Assembly (NCBI GenBank): GCA_013265495.1
Contig: MU058252.1
Location: 840,244 to 904,243, forward strand
From: Vicugna vicugna
Lineage: Eukaryota
DNA length: 64,000 nt
Direction: 5' to 3'
The notes under the pieces were generated by a model. It made no database searches, was not told the origin of the DNA, and saw nothing but the letters and a program-made list of their open reading frames with translations. How positions within the stretch are numbered: position 1 is the first letter of the stretch; the number at the start of each line of letters is the position of its first letter. Below are positions 1 to 9,862 of the stretch, one piece after another. The translations under genes were made by a program, and so were the position numbers.

Positions 1-259
1 AGGGAAACAAGAGGAAGGCGGGACGCAGGGCGAGCTGAGCCCTGCTGCTTTCATCACCTGTTTGCTGTGCATCTGTGAAATCACCAGCGTTAGCCGATTG
101 TGTTACCTCTTTCAGCAAAGCATCTGAGCTATTTGAGTCGCCAGAACTCCCTCTGAATCTGCCTTGAGCCGTCCACCTCTAACTTCTGAGTGGTGCTCTT
201 GGCCCGGGAGCCCCAGGTGGCCTCTGTGTCCCCACCCGCCAGCCTGGCTTTGCTGCAAG

Positions 260-620
260 CCCCCCCCCCCCCCCGCCTTGTGGGGCCCTGGGGGGGCCCT
301 TCGCCCCCGACTCCACAGGCNNNNNNNNNNNNNNNNNNNNNNNNNNNNNNNNNNNNNNNNNNNNNNNNNNNNNNNNNNNNNNNNNNNNNNNNNNNNNNNN
401 NNNNNNNNNNNNNNNNNNNNNNNNNNNNNNNNNNNNNNNNNNNNNNNNNNNNNNNNNNNNNNNNNNNNNNNNNNNNNNNNNNNNNNNNNNNNNNNNNNNN
501 NNNNNNNNNNNNNNNNNNNNNNNNNNNNNNNNNNNNNNNNNNNNNNNNNNNNNNNNNNNNNNNCCCCCGCCCAGCGTTGTGAGGCTCTGGGGGCGCCATT
601 CGCCCCGGACTCCACAGGCC
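260..620. repeat. GC-rich minisatellite, unit about 55-60 bp, spanning the gap
   Basis: Similar units ending ...ttcgccccNgactccacaggc on both sides of the gap (260-320 and 564-619). Confidence 0.65.
321..563. other. Assembly gap (243 N)
   Basis: Run of N. Confidence 1.
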
Positions 621-2402
621 AAGCCCAGGCCTGACCAGGGGCCTCACTGCGAGGGGACACGCTCCCTCCTGAGGGTTACACCCTGGGCCACCGTCACCGT
701 CAGGACATCTGTGGGGTCAGCAGTGCCAGGGCCAAGCGCCACAGTGTACAGGAAGTGCCTTGGCCTGCGGGGAACATCAGACCCCTGGAGACCCCAGAGC
801 CTGCTGAAATCACTCAAACAAGCTCATCCTAAACCCACTTCCTCTGAGGTTCCCGAGCCCCCGAGCCCCTGAGGCATCTCCATTACCGTCAGGGTCACTG
901 TGAGACCACCCCGTCTCACCAGTCTTCACTCTCCCTCACTTCTCTATTCCTTCCACCAGGCTCTGCGATCGTGACCTACTGTCTTTAGACACTTTCAGAC
1001 ACGCTCGGTCCCGGAATCACGTGTCCAGTATCAAGCTTCTCCGCCCACAACCGGGACTCCCCAGAGGAAAGAAATTCTAAAACCACACCTCTTCCACGCA
1101 GCCCGCAGTCAGCTTCACTGACTGTCTCCATCACCACTGGGCCTTGTTGCTAGAATGTTCCTAGTCTATTCTGCTGGGGGCGGGAAAGGGGATGGGCACC
1201 GAGAGGGACAGCCCCAGCTACCACCGTCCCCTCCATCCTCACTTCCGCCCTTGGGGCGTCAGAGCACAGGTGGGGGTCTGAGGCACAGGCGGTGAGTTAT
1301 CAGCCAAGACACGCACAGCCCAGCCGCTCTGCCGCCTGCCCATCGGGTGGTGGCTAGCTGACTCGCTGGCGATCCAGGGCGTCCTTTGGGAGAGGACGAA
1401 TCCGCAAGTGCTTAACTGAGCTCTTTCCCGGGAAGCCCTTGCCTGGGCCCCTCCTTCCACCTGTTGTCTGCGGGGGCTGGTCCAGGGCCAGCCATGCAGC
1501 ATGTGGTGACGGCCACGTAGAGGAAACCCGGGCGGAGGAAGGGTGAGCCCTTCCAGCTTGGCTTAGGGTGGGATGGACGGGGGGTGGTGAGCCAGGCTGC
1601 GTTTAATTTCCAGCCCAGATGACCGTTCCTGAGCTGTGTGCCTCTCCCAGGAGCACGGGAACGCTCTCTGCTAACCCCAAACGCCTCCACCACCGACTTC
1701 ACAGAGTCTGAAATCCGCCTCCACCTTGCAAATGAGATGCCACATGTCCAGGGGTCTTTGGTGTCGCACTGATCCAGCAAAGAGAACAGACGCTGGGCCT
1801 GGGCAGCTCTGGGTGGGCCAAGAGGCCAGGGGGCCCCGGCTATAGTGACAGTGCTGTCCTCACCATGCTGTGGCCTTGGGCACGGCCCCAGCCCTCAGAG
1901 CCCAGCAGTGCTCTTCCCAGGAGCCCCGAGGGCTTCATCTCACGCAGGAACAATCCACGTCCGCCCTACGCCCACAGGACGGTGAGTAAGCCGGCCTCTG
2001 CGTCCCCCTCCCACTGTGTCCCCGACTGAGTGCTTAGCTCTGCTTCCTGCCGTCAAGCCCTCGCCTCTCGGTGCTCCTGGACCACACCAGGAGTCTCTCT
2101 CCACAGGGCCTGGGCCTTCCATCTCTCTGGAAGACCTACCACGGGTGTCTGCATGGCCCACACTCCCTCCTGTCATTCAAGCCTGAGCAGAGAAGCCCTC
2201 TGCCTGTCTGGTGGACCCTCGTCCAGTCTCTTCCTCCACAGCGCTCCCGCCCGCCCGGCCTGTGTCCTCAGGGCTGGCACAGAGCAGCAGCTCACATGCG
2301 TGTGGGTGGCAGATCACTGCCGAGCCTGGAGATGAGTACTGTTACCCCATTCTCCCTACTTCTTCGTATGCTTGAACATTTCCATCATAAAAAGCTAACT
2401 GT

Positions 2403-2522
2403 GGGGAGGGTATAGCTCAAGTGGTAGAGCACCTGCTTGGCACACTCGGCTAGGTTCAATCCCCAGCACCTCCTCCAAGGATAAATAAATAAACCTAATA
2501 ACCTCCCCCCCACCAAAAAAAA
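2403..2522 (+). mobile_element. Camelid tRNA-derived SINE (Vic-1-like)
   Basis: ggggagggtatagctcaagtggtagagc head (A box), ggttcaatccc (B box), aaataaataaacctaat..cctccccc body, A tail. Confidence 0.85.
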
Positions 2523-3529
2523 GGCTAAATGCACATATTCACATGAGTGACTGAAGGAATATAACGAATATGGAGATGTTTCAAGTCAACCCCAATCTGG
2601 GCTCCAGGAGCCAGGCGGGCAGGTGGACATTCAGAAGCAGCATGAAGACCGTGAGGGGACAGGTCGGGAGCAGAGGACCACGCAGGGGGGACATAGTCGG
2701 GGAGGCAGGGTGGAGAACAGCCTTGACCACTGCTTGAGGCAAAGAATGGTCAATTCTTCCCCAGCTGCACAGCCAGCCGAGGGCTCCGCTGGTGTTAAGA
2801 GGGGACAAGAGAGCTGGGACAGGCAGTGCTGGGGTGACAAGTGTACCTGGGCACAAGGAACTCTGGAGTTTTGTTCCAGAAGTAATTGTACATTCATCCC
2901 AAGGAGGCTGGATGCAAAGAGACTCACCAGAGGTTCCGGTCCCCAGTGTCACCCCAACCCCAGCGGCACAGGGACAGAGCGCCAGCCTCCTGATGCACCT
3001 GGGGGCTTCTTGGCTCTAGTGCAGTCCTCAGAAGGGATTTCTTAAGACTGATCACTTTTATTACAAAGTCGCCTCTAATTTCAGAGGGTAGAAAAGTTGC
3101 TACAGTCAATTCTCGTTTATCTGATTAGCCAAATCCTTTCCTAATCTTCCTCTTACATTTTTATTACTATTGCCACATGCTCTTTGCATCTCTACATTTC
3201 TGTTGACCAAAGCGGCTGAGAAAGGAAAGACTTAAGTCAAAAGCATCTCTTGTTTATCTCAGGGAGCAAGAAAACCCGTGGCAGGTCGCACTTACCTAGC
3301 TTTGCAGGGGGAGCCGGGCAGGCGCCAAACTCTGGGGCGGAAAGGAAAGAGCTTTTCATGAATTACAGCTTTCAAGGACATTTTATCACAAGGTGTGAAA
3401 TGCTCAAAATTCCAGCCAGAGCCACGGACTTCCAGATGAAAATGCCAGCCACAGGCAAACACAGGTAGACTTGGTAACTGCCCGGCCTTAATTCTCTTTT
3501 TCGGTTGTCCTGGCTGATCAAGAGGTTAT

Positions 3530-3664
3530 GGAGGGAGATAGCCCAGTGGTAGAGTGCCTGCTTAGCATGTGTGAGGTCCTGGCTTCAATCCCCAGTACCT
3601 TCATTTAAAAAATAAATAAATGAATAAAAAATAGATAAACCTAACGACCTCCCCCTCCAAAAAA
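3530..3664 (+). mobile_element. Camelid tRNA-derived SINE (Vic-1-like)
   Basis: Same head and body; TSD aagaggttatgg / aagaggctatgg. Confidence 0.85.
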
Positions 3665-3774
3665 GAGGCTATGGGGACATCTGTGTGTGTGCAAATGTGT
3701 CTAACAAAGATGTGCTTCTTGACCTAAGGGACTGTAGGGAAACCAGCTGATGAAACATAGTGCACCTTGTTCCA

Positions 3775-4012
3775 TGAGGAACGGCTCCACCTTCAACGGG
3801 AGCAGAGGACAGAGAAGCAGCCGGAGCACATGGAATCACGCTGACAACCTAAGGAACCTTGATTTGCAGAAGATGAAGAGTGAGGAACGGCTCCACCTTC
3901 AACGGGAGTAGAGGACACAGTGCGAGATTCCTGGGAGAGACGGACAGAGAAGCAGCCGGAGCACATGAATCACGCTGACAACCTAAGGAACCTTGATTTG
4001 CAGAAGATGAAG
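3775..4012. repeat. Local tandem duplication (104 bp and 132 bp copies)
   Basis: 3775-3878 and 3881-4012 are near-identical; copy 2 has 29 extra bp. Confidence 0.95.
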
Positions 4013-5239
4013 GATAAGTAAAAGACAGACATTTTCACAGCCCCTATGGAAACTTTTCTTAGGGGCAGGAAGAGGTCTCCTCTGAAATTCTTTTGGCTGC
4101 AGGAATAACTGTAGGAAGGAGAGGGAGCGGCTGGAAGGGAATTAAAACAAAAAACAAAAAACAAAAAACAACCCTAAACAATGCTTGCTGGAGAACCAGA
4201 AATAACCTCGGAGGGGCACCTTTTCGATCTACCCCATAACCGGCAATTCTACAGTAAGACCCTGTGATGCTTCGAGGTGTCAGGGTTAGAAGGTTGGATG
4301 GAACACTCCTTTTGGAACAAGGTCCCCATCCCCAAGAAGCCCAGAGGACACTGAACAGGCAGTTGGGATGGCTTTAGTGAGGGATGGTTAAACTGGGTCT
4401 GATGGTGGGTAAGGTTTAAATGGAAGGCAGGGAGTTGGGAGAATGCATGGACCCTGATCCCTGACCGTTCTTCCTTCATTCAGCGGATCCACGCCCGACA
4501 CTGACTGAGGGGCCACGGGGCCCTGCTCTTGACACCCCTCTTACACTGGGACTCCCACAAAAGGAAAACCACGACCCAACATCAACCTGGATACCTGGGC
4601 TGCTTCCCAAATCCCAGAGGAAGGTTCTGGATGGAGCCCTGGTTCATTTGACCCTGTGGTCAGAGCTGATATTTGCATGTGAGCACTTGTGAAACCTAGT
4701 CGACATGCAAATATTATTTTTGATCTCAGAAGCACAGGAGACAGGATGACAGCCAAATTTTAAATACAAGGGGAGAAACCACTGTCTGGCAAATAATAGG
4801 CTTTTAATAATGGGCTTGCCCAACCCCATTAGCAAAACCAGACTTTTAGTTAAATCATAGGTTTAGATTTAATTCTATAGTAAATGAATGTTGATTACTT
4901 TATTATTTAAAATAAGTGTCTTCTTTTTAAACCATGTCTGTGAATCAAGTCCAGGATGTCTGTCATCACCCCCCACCCCGGCCCCCCGGTCGGCCGGGAC
5001 GAGGCATCGTGCTCCTACACAAACTCATCCGTGCACGCCATGCGGTTGGGTACTCCCCTCTAGTCCTTCACAAGACTGAAAACTCCCTGAGTTCCAAGCT
5101 GCTGTCTCCTCTGCTTGTCCTCCCGAGGGTCGTCGGTGTCTCACTCGGGCCGCTAGAGGCTATCCTGAAGTAACTGGTTAAACTGGATTTAGCAAGAGAC
5201 ACAGGCAAGTTTTACGTTTATCTTTTTCTTGTCTTGCTA

Positions 5240-5522
5240 CAGACAGACCTCGGAGGTGTTGCAGGTTCAGGTCCAACCATCGCAAAAAAGCAAACATCGC
5301 GATAAAGCACGCCGCTTGAATTTTTCAGTTTCCCTGTGCATCTAAAGTCATGTTTACACATAATGTCTACTAAGTGTGCAACTGCATTGTGTCTTAAAAA
5401 CAATGCACATACCTTAATTTAAAAAATGCTTTACTGCCAAAAAGTGCGAATCATCACCTGAGAACACAGGGTGGCCCCAAACCCTCAATTTGTTAAAAAC
5501 ACAATAAAATGAGGTCTGCCTC
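5240..5522. mobile_element. Tigger1-derived MITE (Tigger1a_Art-like, TcMar)
   Basis: TA-flanked; ends cagacagacctc... and ...gaggtctgcctc resemble the Tigger1 TIR CAGGCATACCTC; interior matches recalled Tigger1 terminal sequence. Confidence 0.8.
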
Positions 5523-6466
5523 TACTCCAGTTATCAGGTACTGCCCAGATGTTTTGCTAAAATCATTTCCCTACTACATATGGTGAGTGTTTTGGTTTTT
5601 TTTTTTTTTTTTTTTGCCACTTACCATGTCACAGTCTACTCAAGGGATACAATTTTCACACACCCGTCAGCTTTCCCCATCTTTGCTACCTCTGGGTTGT
5701 GTGAGGGGGCCCTGTGGTTCTGTCATACAATGGAGCCTTCAGGAATGTCCCATGGCACACGAGCAGCAGCGCCCAGGGACAGGCCAACTTGGTGAACACA
5801 ATGAAGCCTACCACCAACTTGGCCTGGGCAGGCCTTGGCTAGGCCCCCAGGAAGCTCAGTGCTTTGGAATCTACCTGCCTGACTCCAGCTAGACAGAGGC
5901 ACCCCCCTAATCCACAGGTCACTGGAAGTATGATTCACAGACGCCTCACCCCACATTCCAGCCACAATAGTCCCAACCCCCTGCAGGGGAGAAACTGTAG
6001 AAGGTCCCAGAGGCCAGGGAGACCACAAAGCAAGCTTCCCTCCAGGGACACGCGCCCGGCAGGCGCTGCTCCCCCCACCTTGACCCTTGATCCGCCTGAT
6101 CACACAGCCCCGGGGCAAAGGCTGTGGAGAATACCTCCTCCCTGACCCCCCACCACTAGTTTTCTCTACATCTCATTCTTAACAGCCCCTAACAGTTCCC
6201 ATCCATCCTTGCTTTTCCCACGCCGCTGGTTTTGCCTAAAATGAATGACAATCCAGTTGATTACTAACCTCATCAGGCCAGGGTGGGTGAGAGAGAGAAA
6301 ATGGCCTCAGAAAAAGTAACTCTGGGCGATGATGACAGCAGCAGCACCACCACCAAGGGCACACTCATCACTCCATTCCTCCAACTACCGCCCAAGCATC
6401 ACAGCCACAGCCACAGCCACAGCTAGAAGGAAGAGGCAGCACACAGCTGTCACCTGGGAGGCTGTA

Positions 6467-6510
6467 ACACACGCACACGCACACGCACACGCACACGCAC
6501 GTGTGCGCGC
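6467..6510. repeat. (ACACGC)n alternating purine-pyrimidine tract
   Basis: 44 bp of uninterrupted RY alternation. Confidence 0.95.
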
Positions 6511-7000
6511 CCTGGGGCCAGCAGACGCCCGGGCAGAGGGCAGCATCCTACCGAACAGGCCGTGGGGCTCCGACCGCCGCCTCGCGGTGCTGCGGTTTGG
6601 GTCCTTGTGCTTCTTGTTTCCCCTGAGGCTGCCAAACCGCTTCATGAGGAGCCGTGGCCACAGGAGCGGCGCAGGTGAACATAGCAGGATGCACGGAGCC
6701 GGCGTCAGCCGCAGGTGGCCGCGGGCCGGGAGACGCACCGCATCGGCCGGCAGCCTCGGCCACAGCCCGGGAGTCCAGGCGTCCGCCCCGTGGCCTCGTG
6801 CTACGGCAGGATGGGTCGCCCCCGGGGCCAGCAGCCACGGGACACGCAGCGGCGCCTCCTCCCACGGAGCGTCCTCCCGGTCTGCACCTCCGGCCGCTGC
6901 AGTGGGAGCAGCCGCTGCCCTTAAGTAGGCAAGAGGCTGCCGGAAGCACAGGCAGAGCCTTGCTGTGGGTTTGTTTATGCAGCTAAGGTCAGCCGCGCAC
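6470..7000 (-). promoter_or_regulatory. CpG island, internal promoter and 5'UTR of exon 3B
   Basis: Visibly high GC and CpG density over and upstream of the 3B ATG; ATAAACAAA (forkhead-like or TATA-like) on the minus strand near 6970-6978. TSS cannot be placed. Confidence 0.7.
6552..6645 (-). CDS. PRKAG2: PRKAG2 alternative first coding exon 3B (gamma2-3B isoform), MKRFGSLRGNKKHKDPNRSTARRRSEPHGLF
   Basis: ATG at 6645, 31 codons plus 1 nt, then donor TTC G|gtagga. Phase 1 equals the end phase of exon 3, so it can splice to exon 4. Matches the recalled human 3B N-terminus MKRFGSLRSNKKHKDQNRSTERRQSEPHGLFA. Confidence 0.9.
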
Positions 7001-7439
7001 TCAGACTCTCAGGGCTCTTCCCTCCTTACAATTAAAAAGGGAGGGAAGACCAGCTAGGCAAACGGAGCGCAGGCCTGCCAGTCATGTGCGGATCTGCAGA
7101 TGTCTCTTTAAAAAGACTGTAAAAGGAAACCACCCTGTCCAGACAATTCTTGGCACCAATTGGCCAGAGCACATTCCCATCTTGACATGACATCACACAA
7201 CTATTTTGATTCATGTGTTCCAGGGCTCGGCGGGGTCAGGAGGCTCCGGCTGCTTCTTTGTGGAGAAGCCACAAGTCCCTGGGCTGGAAACCCCAGGATC
7301 TATTTCAGCTCCTGCCTCTTTGAGATGAAAGAAGAAGCAAGTCCACCTTTAAGGAGGGGACATGGGGGCCCCTGGAATTCAATGCAAGGGTCTTGAGCAA
7401 GTGTCCAATTTGAGTCCTGGACCTGCTAAGAAATGCAGA

Positions 7440-7590
7440 ATGACAGAACTCAAAGAGATTTTAGAGAAGGTCTAGCCCAACCCTCTTCCGTGAGATGGGG
7501 AAACTGAGGCTCAGGCAGGGGAGTGACTTGCCCAAAGTCCTGTAACGAGTGGCAGACCCAGGACCAGAATTCTAATCTCTTTGGCTCCTC
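7440..7590 (-). mobile_element. MIR SINE fragment
   Basis: MIR core agatggggaaactgaggctcag...gtgacttgcccaa. Confidence 0.75.
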
Positions 7591-8445
7591 AGCCAAACAC
7601 CTGATCTAATAAAACAGAACAAAAAACTTTTAGTCTGTATGTGTTTTGCAACTAAAAACCAAACTTTAAAAACACAAGATAGGGGAAATTCTTTCCATTT
7701 CATTCGCTGATATCTTCACTAAAGGGAAGTTGCAAGATCTGCTATTAACTAAGCTTTGTGACCTTGAGAAAGTGACTTCTGGTCTCTGGGCCCCAGTTTC
7801 CCCCACTAAACCGAGACAAGACTTGCTCATGTTAGGAGTTAGTCTGCTTCCAGAAGGCTGAACCTCTCATGGCTGTTTGCCATGGCTTTTCCTGCCTGGT
7901 GGGACTGATGGAGACACAGTGACCAAATCTTTGTAGCAAGGACACAGGAACGAACGAAATAGGTCTTCCCCTCGAGGAATTTGGAAACAACTTGGAGAGA
8001 TAAAGGTAAATTTACATACATGTTATAATACTAACTTCATAAAACAGCTATGTGTGATCAATGGCAAGTGGCCAGAATGGACAAGTATCATCAGCACAAA
8101 TGGATGGAGAGGTGACCACATGGCCCTGCTTGGAAAGGAAAGCTTGAGTTGGCCTTGAGGGTTTGGAGGGTTCAGAGAAAAAGAGAGAGGCCTGGCCAAC
8201 ACTGCACCCGTAGGAGAACCTAGTTTTCCAAAACAAGTCACAAAACCCACCTCCAGTTGGGTCCTGCAATAGACTGGTGGATTGTATCTATGTTAAATAC
8301 GGTAGCCCACACTTACTGTGGTTAGGCTCTGAAAAAGACCAAGGAGGTAGGTTTCGGAGTTTCACATTTCGATTTCCTTTTTTAAAAAAATCAATTCAGC
8401 TCTTAACAGAAATGGAAATGTTCTCCTGATTTAAAAAAGATAAAG

Positions 8446-8685
8446 TAGGAATTTGGGATTAGCAGATACAAACTACTATATATAAAATAGAGAGACAACG
8501 AGGTCCTCCGGTACAGCACAGGGAACTCTATTCAGTACCTTGTAATAACCTATAGTGGAAAAGAACATGAAAAAGAATATATATATGTGTGTAACTGAAT
8601 CACTATGCTGTACACCAGAAACTAACACAACATTATAAATCAACTACACTTCAATGAAAAGGATAAATTAAATAAGTTAAAATAA
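8446..8685 (+). mobile_element. 5'-truncated L1 3' end (cetartiodactyl type)
   Basis: tttgggattagcagatacaaactactatat...gctgtacaccagaaactaacacaacatt...tcaactacacttcaat plus A-rich tail. Confidence 0.85.
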
Positions 8686-9054
8686 AGCAGAATTTATTTA
8701 GGAGAGATCACTAAGCAAGCATTCCAGTAAGAAAGGGCCAGATTTGATTAAAAGGAAGAATGAAGGATTTTTGTCTAAGCCAATGCAATATTCTTGTACT
8801 ATATGATGAAGTAGGTGGAAAGAAGTAACATTTCAAAGTTTAGCAACTAAAAGTGAATGAGTTTAAATTCCCATGAGAAATAAACAGCAACTTAGGCTTG
8901 TCTGCCGGTTCTGTACGTAGTTCATATGGTCAATCACTCATCGAGGAGCTATTAAACCTCTGTCAAACACAGGGCAGTTGTTGATGGAGAGGATTAGTGC
9001 TACGAATAATTCGAAGACATTCTTGTCCATAAGAACTATATTTTAATTAGTAGA

Positions 9055-9290
9055 ATAATAAGTCCCATTTGTTGAGTGCCTACCATATGCCAGCTGCAGT
9101 GCTGATCACCTCACAAGGATTATTTTATTTCATCCTTCTCTCAAACCTATGGGACAGGTGGTATTAACGCCGTTTTATTTAAAGTTGAATGACTGAGAGG
9201 CAGGTAAGTAGCTTGACCAGAATCGCACAGCTAACCAGCTGGGAGGACTTGGACTTGAACCCTCATTCATTCGATTCCAAAATTTACATT
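9055..9290 (-). mobile_element. MIR SINE
   Basis: ataataagtcccatttgttgagtgcctaccatatgccag...gactgagaggcaggtaagtagcttgacc. Confidence 0.75.
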
Positions 9291-9579
9291 TTCCCACCCC
9301 ATGCACAGAAAAACTTACCGACAGTGAGACAAGGGTGTGGGCAATGCCCTATGTTGACTCCGACAGGATGTTAGAGAGCCGTTATGACTGGAGTGATTTG
9401 AAAAGTTCCTCCCTCCATTCTCACTTGTAATTTTTGATCTTCGGGCTATGGAATTTAAAGGCAAGAGAGGGAAGAACCATGTTCGGGAGTCTTGACTCCC
9501 CTCGCGGTCCACTTTGGGACACAGACCCGCCATGCCCGAGGTTGTGACTCGAAGAGGGAGTGCATCGTGCTTTGGAAAC

Positions 9580-9862
9580 ACAAACAGACTCACAGACTGT
9601 GGTTACCAAAGGGGAAACCGGGGGAATAAATGAGGAGTCTGGGATTAGCAGATACAAACTACTATGTATAAACTAGAGAAACAACAAGGTCCTACTGTAT
9701 AGCTCAGGGAGCTACATTCAACAGCCTGTAACAACCTGTAAAGAAAAGGAGTATGACAAAGTGCACATGTGTGTGTGTATGTTGAACTGGATCACTGTGC
9801 CGTATGCCAGAAACTAACACAACACTGTAAATCAACTATACTCCAGTGAAAACGAAAAACAA
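9580..9862 (+). mobile_element. 5'-truncated L1 3' end
   Basis: Same family as 8446-8685 (tggttaccaaagggg...gggattagcagatacaaactactat...). Confidence 0.85.

Noticed and set aside
112..660. ORFs spanning the N run
   Set aside because: Artefacts of the assembly gap.
2403..2470. tRNA-like sequence (also at the other four SINE heads)
   Set aside because: Followed by SINE body, A tail and TSDs; not tRNA genes.
6646..6738. In-frame N-terminal extension of exon 3B
   Set aside because: The ORF-track start at 6738 is GTG; the first in-frame ATG is 6645.
6329..6928. 199-aa plus-strand ORF
   Set aside because: Antisense to exon 3B across a CpG island and simple repeats (ATAT, HAHA); stop-poor by composition.
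9319..9387. Possible 69-nt exon ending at a strong minus-strand donor (TCG|gtaagt)
   Set aside because: Weak acceptor and a TAA in the phase-1 frame; at most a poison exon, with no support.
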